Shown here: in pieces, positions 24,959-40,607 of the stretch
Layout of the letters: the number at the start of each line of letters is the position of its first letter
How positions within the stretch are numbered: position 1 is the stretch's first letter
Assembly: GCA_951406725.2 (NCBI GenBank)
Contig: OX597822.1
Span: 34,348,001 to 34,412,000, forward strand
Direction: 5' to 3'
Source of the DNA: Octopus vulgaris
Taxonomy: Eukaryota
DNA length: 64,000 bases
Made by a program: the position numbers and the translations under genes
Notes under the pieces: generated by a model
Database searches by the model: none
What the model was told of the DNA's origin: nothing
Seen by the model: only the letters and a program-made list of their open reading frames with translations

Positions 24959-25061
24959 ATGTGTGTGTGTGTAAGTATATATGCATATATATTTAATATA
25001 TTTTTGTTAGTGTTTATAAAATAGTTTGTATACTTATTTTTATGGAATAAATAAAATATAT

Positions 25062-25123
<62 letters not shown>

Positions 25124-25503
25124 ATACACATATGCATGCATATATACCCATACGTACATATATGCGTATATATAAGAAAAGATATGTAAATGTATGTGTG
25201 TGTGTGTTTGTCTGTGTGTGTGTATTGAAACTATTTGCCATAAAAACAAGTATAGAAATTTTGCGTTATGTTTGTTTACTTATTTCATCGATCCAATCAA
25301 TCTGAGAGATAATAATCAGTTACATATTGGTACTTCTTTTCAATTGCTGCTGAAGGGATGTTTTTACTGATGCAATGCATTTAAGCGCTATAATGTTCAA
25401 ACTCAAACTCGTATAAGTGTTTTCAGATTTTAATTTCTGTTTATTTTATACATTCTACTCGATATTTTTGTCTCCTAGTCAGGAGAGAAGGCAATATTCA
25501 TGA

Positions 25504-25896
25504 GCGTCCCCAAAGTCCATCCCCTCCTCACCGTGGTGGGGACACTGGCAACGGGTAGTGTCAGAGCTATGTCGTCGGAAACTTCGGTTCCTGGTAGGGC
25601 CACCCAAGGCGGATTGGTCTGACACCGAGTGGTATTAGGGCCACAACCCGACAGAAAATCCTCGGAGTGTCTGTTTCGGCAACCGGCGGCTCCTCGGTCG
25701 TTCTGTCCCTGCGTCTGCGGACAATTTGCGGCAAACAGGATGTCTCTACATGCGGGGTTGTTGGGGACCGCTTGTGAAATCCACATATTCCCATGAAACT
25801 TCTTCCATGACTGCCATGGTTCGAGATGCCTCGAGGGTGGTAGAAGGAGCCGACTCAACCCGCCCAGGGTGAATGTCGCCACGAGTACAAGTAAGT
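25504..25896 (+). mobile_element. Complete 393-bp non-autonomous RTE-derived retroposon with 11-bp TSD
   Basis: TSD AATATTCATGA at 25493-25503 and 25897-25907. The 5' part has RTE/BovB-type UTR motifs (AGAGCTATG, CCTGGTAGGGCCACCCAAGGCGGA). The 3' end GACTCAACCCGCCCAGGGTGAATG...AGTACAAGTAAGT is RTE-like. GC-rich against the background. Confidence 0.82.
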
Positions 25897-26699
25897 AATA
25901 TTCATGACCGTTTGCAGGGCCTTCAAGACTGGTGGGAAAGAGGGAGGAAAGATAACTTCAAGGCAGAAACTTAGCTGAGATACATACAACAAAATGGGTC
26001 CGGCTAAAGGTGCAACGTAAACTCGGTAGTATATAACATATTTACATATGTATTTATTGCTTTTGATTCGGTGAACTGAATTGAATGATAATCGACAAAA
26101 GCATACATACGAAGACGACATACTTTCGCACACACAAATATTCTTCAGTTTATAAGAAACGTGTCGAAACTGAAATAAAGCTATATGACATCCAAGCATT
26201 TCCGAAGCACTTAAGACAAAAGAGAGTGATGTGGAAATTCGCTTATTTCTCTCCTGGAATGACCAACTGGGAAATTAATAATTAAACGCGACGTTTCTGG
26301 TCTTGTCATTGGATTTGATATCGTAACTTAAATAATGAAGATGGTCGAAACCAAATCACAAAATCTTGTTCCGAAGGCAATTTTTTTCTTTAAAATTTTA
26401 TTCTACCCTAATATTTCATAAGTAGTGGTTTCTGTGCTTATATTCTCACAAAACTTTACAATCTCAAGATGAGATAGGTTTGAGCTGACCAGTAGCAAAA
26501 TTGAAATGATGTCACCCAAGAAACGAAACCTAGTACAAACCTCTCTTGATTCACTGAACCTTTGTTTTTCTTTTAGATTCTGCCACGGCCCTTACAGCTG
26601 CTTTTACTACATACGTATATATATAGCAAAGCATACTACATATACTATAATATATATAAATATGTATACTATTCATTTATATCTATTTCTCCTCTATGC

Positions 26700-27101
26700 T
26701 AATGTTGCAGGTTGCGTAGTTAAATAGTTAAAATGTTTGCTTTACAACACCGATGTTTCCGGTTGAGTCCCACAGCATGGCGAATATCTTCTAGTCCAGC
26801 CATACCATACTCCGCCTACCAAGTCCACTTGTGGGTGAATTTGGTGAACGGAAATAGCATAGAATACTGTTATATGTATGTGTGCGCGTGTGATTGTGTT
26901 TAACCTCGCACCAGTTGACAACTGGTATTGATTTGCTTAAGTCCCAGCGAATGGGCACTTTCACGAATGAAACTAACTGAATAAATTCTAGCCTTTTATA
27001 AAAGTATAAGTATTGAGGTTGATTTCTGCGACTTAATCGTACAATATGGTAACCTAGCATGGCCGCAGTTCAATGACTGAATCAAGTAAAAGAATAAAAG
27101 A
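26700..27101 (+). mobile_element. SINE family A, old diverged copy
   Basis: Colinear motifs ending AGCATGGCCGCAGTTCAATGACTGAATCAAGTAAAAGAATAAAAGA. Confidence 0.7.
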
Positions 27102-27103
27102 AC

Positions 27104-27262
27104 CGCAGGAGTGGCTGTGTGGTAAGTAGCTTGCTTACCAACCACATGGTTCTGGGTTCAGTCCCACTGCATGGCACCTAGCGCAAGTGTCTTCTCCTAT
27201 AGTCTCGGGCCGACCAAAACCTTGTGAGTGGATTTGGTAGACGGAAACTGAAAGAAGCCCGT

Positions 27263-27320
<58 letters not shown>

Positions 27321-27537
27321 GGTATATGTTTGTGTGTCTGTGTTTGCACCCCCCAACATAGCTTGACAACCGATACAGGTGTATTTACGTCCCCGTAACT
27401 TAGCAGTTCAGCAAAAGAGACCGATAGAATAAGTACTAGGCTTACAAAGAATAAGTCCTGGGGTCGATTTTCTCGACTAAAGGTGGTACTCCAGCATGGC
27501 CGCAGTCAAGTGACTGAAACAAGTAAAAGAGTAAGTA
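27104..27537 (+). mobile_element. SINE family A, full length, directly after the tail of an older copy
   Basis: CGCAGGAGTGGCTGTGTGGTAAG through GAAACAAGTAAAAGAGTAAG. Confidence 0.9.
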
Positions 27538-27904
27538 AATATTTTGTCTCAAGTCCCTGAAACACTTGACTGGCTTGTGAGCAAACATCTTTTCATAGTT
27601 ATACTTTTTAAATCTGTGAATGTTGTCAATTGAAAATAAGTCGCCATTGATATGAAGTTCATGTAGGATAAGTGCTTCCACGCAATCGCTGGACCTCTTA
27701 GAATTTACAGCTAAATCGCCTTCAAATTTCATATTTTACCACCTCCGTTTAAAACGGAATAATACACTTTATAACAAAGTCATGGATATAAACAGGACGG
27801 CTGTGGTTGGGATATCTCAATCAATGTTCGTGTTGATATAAAACCAAGTCGATGTAATCGTTGTTGATATTGTTGTTGACTATTGGAGCAGATATGAGCA
27901 AGAA

Positions 27905-28051
27905 TCACCGAGGTCGACTTTGCCTTTCATCCTTTCGGGGTCGATTAAATAAGTACCAGTCACGCACTGGGGTCGATGTAATCGACTTAATCCGTTTGTC
28001 TGTTCTTGTTTGTCCCTTCTGTGTTTAGCCCCTTCTGGGTAGTAAAGAAAT
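27905..28051 (+). mobile_element. 5'-truncated SINE family B with 15-bp TSD
   Basis: AGATATGAGCAAGAA at 27890-27904 and 28052-28066. Confidence 0.88.
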
Positions 28052-28916
28052 AGATATGAGCAAGAAGGATTTATGCTGTGCACAGGAAGCCAAAGAACAA
28101 ATTATCCCGAGGGCTCATTTTATAAAGACGGTAGGTATGGTTTACAGAAATTTTGACTGTTATTTTTAGCAGTTTAACAAGTCATTAAAGCTACCCATTG
28201 TCACTACCTAGAAAGTAATGTCTGGACATGGTCACAATCCAAAGACTGAGCCCAGTAAAAAAAAAATTGATTGGTATATCACCACCACTTTTCAGTAGTT
28301 GTAAAAGATATATTGAATATCCCATTACGCATGTCTATCTTACATTTCCTATTGCTCATATGATTCGGCGTGTATGACACACAAACATGCGCGCACACAT
28401 ACATACACACAAACAGAAACACACACACGTAAATGTATACTCATGTACACGTATATATATACATATATATATATATGCATGTATGTATGTATGCGTATAC
28501 TATATATATTTATGTATATCTAAGTATATATAAATACAGAAATGTATGGATATATTTGAGAGCACACATATGTATATGTATATGCATATATATATGCATA
28601 TATAATAATGCACATATATATGCACGAACATACACACTCATGCATACATATATCTGTATGTGTTTTGGTTTAGTTGAAGTTTGAGAACTTCGAAATATAG
28701 GTACATATACACACGCACATATACGTACATGCTGTATAGACATATATGCATATATATGTATATATATATTTATTTATATCTCTCTCTCTATATATATACA
28801 CACATAAACTATAAATGACCATATATATACATATATAAACATACACATTTATATTTACATATATGCGTAACATATGTACGTATACATACATACATACATG
28901 CATCCATGAATATATA

Positions 28917-28960
<44 letters not shown>

Positions 28961-29146
28961 CCAGAGCCGAGGCTTCTTTCCGTTGCAAGTAAGTTTCCCA
29001 TTTCCGTTTTTCAATCGAAAGCAGTCGCAGGAAATTCGTTGTAGCAGCGTAGTTTCCTACTTTTCCTAAAGAACATGGAGAAGTAATGGAAACGATCTAC
29101 CAGACATATTTAAATAGTTTTACTGCATCTTTAGTTTTTAAATCGT

Positions 29147-29478
29147 GAAGGCGCATGGCTCAGTGGTTAGAGCGTCGAGCTTACGATCGTGAGGTTGTGA
29201 GCTCGAATCCCGGATCGAGCTGCGTGTTGTGTTCTTGAGCAAGACACTTTATTTCACGTTGCTCTAGTTCACTCAGCTGTAGAAATGAGTTGAGACGTCA
29301 CGAGTGCCAAGGTGTATCGGCCTTCGCCTTTCCTTTGGATAACACTGGTGGCGTGGAGAGGGGAGGCCGGTATGCATGGGCGACTGCTGGTCTTCCATAA
29401 ACAACCATGCCCAGACTTGTGACTAGGAGGGTAACTTTCTAGGTGCAATCCCATGGTCAGTGTCGTGACCGAAGGGGG
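29147..29478 (+). mobile_element. tRNA-derived SINE family D
   Basis: GGCGCATGGCTCAGTGGTTAGAGCG (A box), GCTCGAATCCC (B box), CTTGAGCAAGACACTTTATTTCAC core, 3' end TGACCGAAGGGGG; the 3' part recurs at 16063-16246 and ~9094-9130. Confidence 0.85.
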
Positions 29479-29757
29479 TCCCGGATCCCGGAGTTTTTAA
29501 ATCATGTTGAAATATATACCATTTGTTCATTACGGATCAGCATTTAACTGCAATAGATCGAGTAAAGTTGAAACTCTAGGCATGAGAAACTTCGTTATAG
29601 ATAAGACACATACACACATACTCACACACAGATATGACATGTACATATGATACACACACACACATACGCATATATATATCTTATATAATACATATACACA
29701 CACACACATATATATATACGATATGATACATACACACACATACACACACACATATAA

Positions 29758-29788
<31 letters not shown>

Positions 29789-29824
29789 CATACATATATA
29801 CGATATGATACATGATTATATATG

Positions 29825-29870
<46 letters not shown>

Positions 29871-29968
29871 CATATATTTGGCGCCTTTGGCAAATGTTTT
29901 CTACCATAGCCTCGGACCAACCAAAGCCTTGTGAGTGAATTTGGTAAACGAAAACTGAAACAAGCCCG

Positions 29969-30021
<53 letters not shown>

Positions 30022-30445
30022 TGTGTGTGTGTGTGTATGTGTATATATATATATACATATATGCAGCGTGGAAGGTGTTTATAAGCCATTTAAGACACAC
30101 ACAAAAACCGTTAGATTCGCTTCAACATTTAAATTTAATTTGCCAAAGTATTTTCGTCGCTTTGAACCGCGACATGTTCACTGACAAAACTTCGTGCTGC
30201 ACGATTCGGCTCAAACTGAAGCCCGTCTCTTTTAGGCTTATGTTATATATACGTATACACATATATACACGAAATATATGAGAGGGTAGATGTGGGTATG
30301 GTATTGGTTGTGTGGGTGTGCGTGTTTGTGTATGCATGTGTATTTGAGTGCGTAGATTCGTGTGCGTTAGTGCCTGCTAATATAAGCATGTCTGCATTGG
30401 AAACAGTTATCATTATTGTTATGATCGTCCTCATCATCCCCGTCA

Positions 30446-30446
30446 T

Positions 30447-30501
<55 letters not shown>

Positions 30502-30520
30502 ACTAAAACTACTGGTGGTG

Positions 30521-30552
<32 letters not shown>
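30446..30552. repeat. Compound (ACT)n(GCT)n(GGT)n(AGT)n repeat
   Basis: Read directly. Confidence 0.9.
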
Positions 30553-30553
<1 letters not shown>

Positions 30554-30874
30554 TTTGTAGTTGCAATAAATGCGGGTAAATTCAAGTTCAAGTTACTTTC
30601 TTAGATATCGAATACAACCTCGCTTAACGATGATACGATGTCGTAAATGAAGCCATTTATAAGCATCCGCGTGGGATCTGTATGCAACCAGCCATGTAAC
30701 ACTATATAACACATTAAAGTCGCTATATGCAAGTGAAAAACTCTACTAGGCTTGGACATAAGAACCTCACCAGGGATTGGGTACTATTACAACCCGGTTC
30801 TGATACACTGCTGCCTTTATTGAAAAAAACCCCAGCTGTTTACAGGCATACAAAAAACTGAACACGAATTCGTA

Positions 30875-31232
30875 TACTCTTTTACTCTTGACCGCCTTTA
30901 GTCGAGCATATCGACCTTAGGACTTATTCTTTGTAAGCCTAGTACTTATTCTATCGGTCTCTTTTGTCAAACCGCTAAGTTACGGTGACATAAACACACC
31001 AGCATCGGTTGTCGAGTGATGGTGGGTGACAAACACAGACACACAAACATACACACACACACATTCATATATACGACGAGCTTCTTTCAATTTCTGTCAA
31101 ACAAATCCACTCACAAGGCTTTGGTCGGCTCGAAGCTATAGTAGAAGACATTTGCCCAAGGTGTCATGCAGTGGGACTGAACCCGGAACCATGTGGTTGG
31201 TAAGCAAGGTTCCACACAGCCACTCCTACGCC
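30875..31232 (-). mobile_element. SINE family A with small deletions
   Basis: Colinear with 81-493. Confidence 0.88.
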
Positions 31233-32700
31233 TATGTGAATAAAAAGAGAACTATGATCTCGTTTAAGCCACCCTGGAATATTAGCTATCTAAACATGAT
31301 TGTAAAAAAAATAACTGTTTCTGCTGCACTAGAACTTTCGTAAGAAGTACACCAGCACTTTATTAGAAGGAGTATTACATAGTATACCTGAGTACTAGAA
31401 AGAATTAGTGTTTGCTCGCAATATTCCGAGCAAACAGAATTAATAAAATTGCAAATTATCAGAGCGATGCTCTTCTGTTACCTATCGTCTGAAAAGAGAT
31501 ATACTTTTTTGCCTCACTGCTCTTAATGTCTTTTAATCCCGAGAGAAAAAAACTGTGTCTATAACTCTTTACTGTGTCTCCGAATCTAGATTATAGAGGA
31601 CGGAAGGTTCTTTCAAACATCTCCGGTTGTTTGCAACAGAGGAAATTTTGAGTGCCTTTAGACACTCAGAGTGTTATACCATGCGTCAGATTAAGTAGGC
31701 TACGGGTTAATTTGACCTTAGAACGCAAAATACGGGACATATATCGCAAGGAATCCGGTCCAATGTTCTTAAAAATCCAACCAATTCATCATTCTGGGTC
31801 GATGTGTTTTTTTATGGACCTTGAAAATATGAAAACCAAATTTCACCAAGCATGATTTGAACTCATAATGCAGAATATCGAATCAAATAATGTGAGAGCA
31901 TTTTATCCAAGGCTCTAGCGATTCGCCCATTCGTTGCTTACTATGATAATTCCCCTGTAGCAGATCGAATGAAAGAAATCCCACCCAGGCTTGAGAACCT
32001 CTTTAGAACTGACTTTATTCAGACATCAGTTCGTCCATTCATCTTCCCGAAATAAACATCATATCGCTTATTGGAGAACAAGGACAACGGTAAAGATACC
32101 GCAGTTTCCGAAAGTGACAGATCCGCGCAAGAATGAAGAGCGTCACAGCCTTTGCTTAACAGTGAAATTCCGCGTATTCCGGCACACAAGATCAATCCTG
32201 ACAAAAGATCGAGGCTAACATCCGGCTGACATCATGGTCAGACATGTTTAATGCTAAACATATTCTATTCAATCTAAGATAATCAGCAACATCCTCCGGA
32301 TATCCGAGAGCACATGGCTGAGTCACATGTTTATTCCATTGCCATTTTCATTTCTGTTGATACTTGATGATGGAGGTAATTACATGAAAGAATTATATAA
32401 ATTCGCTATAATTAGAGATTATTAATGTTATGTATGTTTACATACCTACGTACACACACACGCGAGCGAGCGCGCAATAAAGTGTACATTATCACAAAAG
32501 TGAATGTTTAAGATCATAAACCACATATAACTATCAATATATTGTAAGCTAATGATCACAATTGTGTGATAATAAATATAATTATATAAGTTTTTAGTCA
32601 TGTCTACAATCTTTCGTAAAATCACGAATAAAATATATACACATATATACATACATATACACATACATAAATACATACATCAATATATATACATGCATAA

Positions 32701-32744
<44 letters not shown>

Positions 32745-32982
32745 ACACGCACATATTAAGTCATGGGTAATCATATATAAGCACATACTATATATTCATT
32801 AATGGTTAGTGTATGCGTCTTCATTGACGTTTGTCAGTGTATGCGTGTGCGTCTTTGCTTAGTTATCATGACATCCAAACGGAAATTACAAGCGCTAGGT
32901 TACAGTAGACTAAATGAAATGTTTACAAACATTGCTGCAGTAGACACTCAAAGACACACACACATACACGCGCGCACACACA

Positions 32983-33041
<59 letters not shown>

Positions 33042-35454
33042 GTATGTACGTATGCATATATACATATATGTATGTACGTATGCATGTATATACTATATGA
33101 TTGGAAGTACATATGTATGTATATCTGCAATAATCTACTTCTATTATTTATGCGTGTGTTTGTGTCTAATCAGTTATATATTTATTCATGTACGAATGAA
33201 ACATAAGAATCATCTGTCCCAGAAAACGGAAGCTGAAAGTCATCAAAAATCATGATTTTGTGGAAAAAACAAAAGGAACTAAAATTACGTTGTCTATTGT
33301 GTCATATCGATTGTTAATAGTGCGCTAAAGAGCATAAGATTAAAAATGTGATAGAGAGTATAACGTTCATGCATTTGTTGGAAGCATTTGTCGCATCAAT
33401 GAGTTCGTTTTAGTTGGAAGGATAAACAGGGGCCCGAATTCAACACAGCGAGATATTGACGTTCTATACACGCGAACACATTTTAATCTTCACATTTGAG
33501 TGATTGAGACAATGTTTGTTATAAACACGATGCATTACGATATACAGATGCGACCAGGGATAATGGTTAAATAGTTTTTGCTGCATATTCAGATGGTGTC
33601 GAATACCAACATGATGTAGTTATTATTTTCTGAACAGCATTTAACAATCACGTGTTACCTTCTATAAACATTATTATTTCTAAATTTCTCAAAAGAGAGC
33701 TATTCATAAACAGTTCTTTAAAGAAAAGACTACTTGCCAACATAATGTGGCTGTCCTGAAAGGGACGGCTGTGATTCTGACTCAGTGTTTGCTCACAAAT
33801 CATGAAGGATGGTTGAATTTTCTTGTAAATCTCACAGGTGTAAGTAAATTGGTATTTTTTTTTTACCTAGTGTTAGCAATATATTTATTTATCCATGCCA
33901 AAAATTAAGCATATTGAATTTTGAATTCTTTAAAAATTTATTCAATATATGTTATTTATGTATATTTTGGTATAAATAAAAATTAAGAATTAAAGAATTA
34001 AAGAATTAAAGAAATAGTTTTACTTTTCTATCCGTGACTGAAGCGGTTAAATAAGTTCACAAATTTTTAGAAATATGATATAGTCATTGAATTAGTTCCT
34101 GGAAATGTCTGATAATGATTTGAACAATATAACAAGAATAAGATAAAAAAGAAAGGTCGCTGCCAGTCTGACTTGAACTAGATAAGAAGAGAAATGAATC
34201 TTTATATATCACATAAAGAAATCAATCTTCATCATTGAAGAAAATGCCATTAGTACTTTGTAGTGCTCGTTTGGGGTCTTTCTGTCTTGCTACAAAGGCT
34301 CCTGTATTTTAGGGAAACGGATAAGAGATGTTATAGGTTTCATGTTTATCTCTAGCACATTAAAGGCCTCGTATAATGGCTGTTAACTGTTGACAACCAG
34401 TGCAATAAACTGCAAGCTATGGTTTGAATTTACCACAAGCTTTCCCTTACCTCTCTAATACACGTTGATCTAATGCCTAAAGACGTTAATTTTATCTGAC
34501 AAGGTGTAAACAGAATTTTGGAAGAGGCAATGGTATTTAATGAAATTTATCCAACCTAGTACAGTATAACAGTGTTGACTGGGTGTAACGCTCGTAGAGA
34601 AGGATAATTATTTTATCGAAATGGTAAAGAATGGAAAGCCCGTAGTGTAGAAGGGAACTTGTTCTCGGGTCATAAAAGAAACCCAAAACCACTCGTTAAG
34701 TATAGCACATTATAGTTTCTGTTATTTCACGAGAATTTTAGCAATACTGATTAAAGATTGAAAATGGTTGTTTTCTTCATCATTTGTTTATTTCCTTATA
34801 CCTAAAAAAAAGGCTTGTCTATTTATTACCGTTTCTTTTTAATTTAAGATTAACATCTGATTCTTGAGTACCTTCTCTAAGTATATGCCAAAAAAAAAAA
34901 AAAGGTTTTGCCCTTTTTTTTTTTAGTAATTCATTTGAATACATTCGAAATTCCACTGATGGCGATTGTTTATGAATTCTTTACTGATATCATAGTTGTT
35001 AAACTGAACTGATTAGCATATTTATGTTTGCACAACTTTTGGGTGTTAGACTTAAACTATTTGGATTCACACCACTCTTAATCCATTACATGATTTAGCA
35101 CACATCACCTGACCCTTGAATGACTTTCGTAGAGGCAATTCAACTCTACTGTAAGCATTTACGCTTGGTCACCGGTTTGGGAATAATTTCGTTTATTCCT
35201 CCATCCAATATCGGAGTCTGGAAACCAAAACAAAAATGTCATGGTTGTTGAACTTTCAATTCTGAATAAGTCACGTGAACAATTCATTTTCATAAAAGAA
35301 TCGGATTAAAACTTAGATTAGCCTGGCATAAAATACGCTCATTTGCCAAATATCAAAATAATGTTACGATAAATATGAGTAGGTATGCAAATACATATGT
35401 GCATCTTTGTGTAAATATTTATCACTTCAAACCTGTGGTAGATACACACACATA

Positions 35455-35677
35455 AGGCGGCGAACTGGCAGAAACGTTAGCACGCCGGGCGAAATGCTTA
35501 GCGGTATTTCGTCTGCCGTTACGTTCTGAGTTCAAATTCCGCCTTCATCATTCCTCCTTTCGGAGTCGATTAAATAAGTGCCAGTTATGCACTGGGGTCG
35601 ATATGATCGAATTAATCCATTTGTCTGTCCTTGTTTGTCATCTCTGTGTTTAGCCCCTTGTGGGTAGTAAAGAAATA
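35455..35677 (+). mobile_element. SINE family B with TSD
   Basis: Full head and tail; GGTAGATACACACA at 35437-35450 and 35678-35691. Confidence 0.88.
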
Positions 35678-35753
35678 GGTAGATACACACATATACAGAT
35701 ATACAAACATATAATATAAATATATACATATATATATGTATACATATACATAT

Positions 35754-35789
<36 letters not shown>

Positions 35790-36527
35790 ATATGCATACA
35801 CATGTATATATGTGCGTATGTGTTTCTCTGTATGTGTTGGTATGAGTAGTTGTGTCTATTACTAAAACATTGTTATGAATTGCTCGCTTTCTTTTGCCGT
35901 ATATCGCGTAAATGAACTGTCCACGTATTAAAGTTCACGAGCCGGTTTCAGTTTCCGGTTATAGACATTTTATTCCATGTTACTTAAGTTGTTTAGACCT
36001 TGTAAAAAAAAAATATAATAAAATTCATTGACGTCATTTAACTATAAATCAATATCTTGTGAGCATAGATCCTACCATTTATTTGCTAATGTTTTCAAGA
36101 GTATATATACATCGCAACATATATTATAACCAGTAAAATATGCACACACCATTCCTCTGAAATATAATGGTTATGCATACATATTTTTAGTGGAAAAAAA
36201 TTACTTACACGAAAAAATATATTTGCATGCAGAAATTTTCTGTTAGCGCAAGTAATTCTTTACAGAATTTTCTCGCAACGACTAAGTTGAATACATCTAA
36301 CGTGTACTAAAGCGAAGAACGAAGATCCCACAGCTACAAAATACATAAAATCAATATTCCTTACATATAATAATGCATTCTAGGATCTTAGTTTCAAAAG
36401 GAAGAAATAATCTGATCAGTTTGAGAAAATGATAATACAGATTTTTGTATAGTTTTCTATAAATTCTATTTCAAGTAATCATATAATACTTTCAAACACA
36501 GCCCCTAAGTTGGTAATTTCATATACG

Positions 36528-37455
<928 letters not shown>

Positions 37456-38352
37456 CACATACAAATAACCAAATGCATATTCCGTTGTATTCATTTACGG
37501 ACAATATGTACATATGCAAATACTTGCCAAAGATATACATATCATAAATAAACATGCATTTGTTTACCCGATATAATTCGGAATAGAATACGCTGTATTG
37601 TATTCAAATAGCATATTTTGATAGCGATTGGACATATGCACAAAAATAATAGCTATAGAATAAAGGAATAAAGGGATGTGAGTATCTTAGTACGAGTGAG
37701 GCTGAAAGTAAACCAATCCGTGAAGACGGATTTCTTTTGAAGAAAAAGATAACCACAAAGATGGATAGCTCGCTTATTAGAATGATAGCTGATATATATA
37801 TATATATAAAGAGATAAATAGGTAGATGGATAGATAGATGGACGAATGGATTGATGGATGGATAGATGGAAGGATCGATGGATAGATATGTAAATGGATA
37901 GATAGAAAGGTAGATCGATAAATAGATAGATAGATGGATAGATGGGTAGATAGGTAGGTAGATGGATATATATAGATACATAGATAGGTGGATGTATAAA
38001 TCAAGAAGGTGAATGAGAGGTAGGGTGGAGAATGTTTGGTATAGTGATATTTTGCCGAAATATGGAGACGCACTGTTAACGGGTATCCTTGGTGAGGAAA
38101 GCATATCGTTTCATGTGCTACTGTTACAAATAAGAGATTTTCTGGTACGCAATGCTTTAAAACTGCTCCTTTTGTAGGGGAGAGTAGGAGAGAGAAAGAG
38201 AGCGCTTGAGAGAGAGAGAAGAGAGAGGGAGAGAGAGGGAGGAAGGATAGAACGAGAATGAAAGTGACAAAAAAAAAAACTACTATTTACATATATGTAT
38301 ATATATGTACACATATGCTTATATATATATTTATAGAATATTCACACACACA

Positions 38353-38586
38353 TACTCTTTTACTCTCTTACTCTTTTACTTGTTTCAGTCATTTGACTGC
38401 GGCCATGCTGGAGCACCGCCTTTAGTCGAGCAACTCGACCCCGGGACTTATTCTTTTTTTTTTTTTGTAAGCCCAGTACTTATTCTATCGGTCTCTTTTT
38501 GCCGAACCGCTAAGTGACGGGGACGTAAACACACCAGCATCGGTTGTCAAGCAATGCTAGGGGGACAAACACAGACACACAAACAA

Positions 38587-38639
<53 letters not shown>

Positions 38640-38802
38640 TACGACAGGCTTCTTTCAGTTTCCGTCTACCAAATCCACTCACAAGGCATTGGTCGGCCCG
38701 GGGCTATAGCAGAAGACACTTGCCCAAGGTACAACGCAGTGGGACTGAGCCCGGAACCATGTGGTTGGTTAGCAAGCTACTTACCACACAGCCACTCCTG
38801 CG

Positions 38803-38803
<1 letters not shown>
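38353..38803 (-). mobile_element. SINE family A, full length
   Basis: Near-identical to 81-493 and 62594-63004. Confidence 0.9.
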
Positions 38804-38848
<45 letters not shown>

Positions 38849-38982
38849 ATGTCACTCTATAAATGTATGTTTATATGTATATATATATATATATATATGG
38901 ACATAGATATGCATATATTTATGGACAGACACATACATATATTATGTGTGTGTGTATGTATGTAGGTATATATATACAAACA

Positions 38983-39023
<41 letters not shown>

Positions 39024-39114
39024 ATATATATATATATGTATATATATATGTATATATATATATATACTTACATATATATATATACATACATATATATATA
39101 TATATACATACATA

Positions 39115-39197
<83 letters not shown>

Positions 39198-39719
39198 TAA
39201 CTGTTTGATAAAGGAGTACAATGAACACTGAAAATAAAGAACACAAATAGAGGAGTAAGTGAACGTAAGAATGAACGAATTACGCTAAAACCTCCTACAT
39301 TTCAATCCCCTGATCGATGTTATTCAACTGTGAATATTCGAACAAAGCAAGAAAAAACAAAACAAAGCAAACAAAATAAACATTTGCTGTCGACAACAAC
39401 AGCAACAACAAGAAGAACAACAGTAATAGTTTCGTTGTAAATGATATAAGCAAGAATTTTATATGTATTTTCATTTAAATATTATTTTTCTTTGGTTTTT
39501 CATTCTTCTTTCATAACTTTTATTTATTCTGTAGTGAAACGGAGATTCATCGTGTATTTTCATTCAAACAGACATATTTTAGGGAAAAAAACCCAGTCTC
39601 ATCATTTAGCATCAACAGAAAAAGAAAGAATTTCCATTCTTTAACACATACATACGTACATATATTCATACACACACACACACACACACGCACACACGCA
39701 CATATATTCATATATGCTA

Positions 39720-39793
<74 letters not shown>

Positions 39794-39967
39794 TATACAC
39801 ACATACACTCACACACATAATATACATATGCATGTGTGTGTGGCACGTATATATATATATATATATGTATGTGCGTATATATATATATACATATATCTAT
39901 GCATATGTTTATATGTATGCATATATATAATATATATATTTATATACATATATACATATATATATAT

Positions 39968-40027
<60 letters not shown>

Positions 40028-40607
40028 GTGTGTGTATGTGTGTGTGCATCTATACTTAAAGAAATATATTATGCTTCATGTAATAGAAGAATATGGGTGT
40101 GTATGCATGTAGGAATGTAAATAATAAATAATAAACATATGTATAAATAAACATTATATATTTATCCCGTTTATTTATAAATATATTTATTATTTAATTA
40201 TTTACATGTCTATATACATATACACACATGGTTTTCTATTTTTCTTTCAGACACGTTATTGAAAGGAATGTATTATAGTTATATCATTTTTTAAATGAAA
40301 TTTGTCTTCTTGTATAAATTCTTTGCCATTTGGCTGGAAAATTAAACTTCACATATTTATCTACATCCTGTTTACGACTTTACTGTAACAGCTACATTGA
40401 CTTCATTCTGAAGTTAAATTAGTTCATGTTTTATATTTAGTAGAGTCAAAGTCACAAATGTGTAGACGTTACAACCGGGGAATTGAATTTCTAACTGAAA
40501 GATTTATCCATCGCCAGCCACGTCTCTTAGCTTTGCTATTGTATTTTAGCAATGAATGCTTCTTTTTACATTATAGTGCATTATGAACATTACTTCCATC
40601 ACTAGTA

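Noticed and set aside
25475-25882. 135-aa GC-rich ORF on the minus strand
   Set aside because: Lies antisense within the TSD-bounded RTE-derived element; no recognisable domain.
29147-29225. tRNA-like sequences at SINE heads (also 17670, 62288)
   Set aside because: A/B boxes are present but continue directly into SINE bodies; no complete cloverleaf or terminator was seen.
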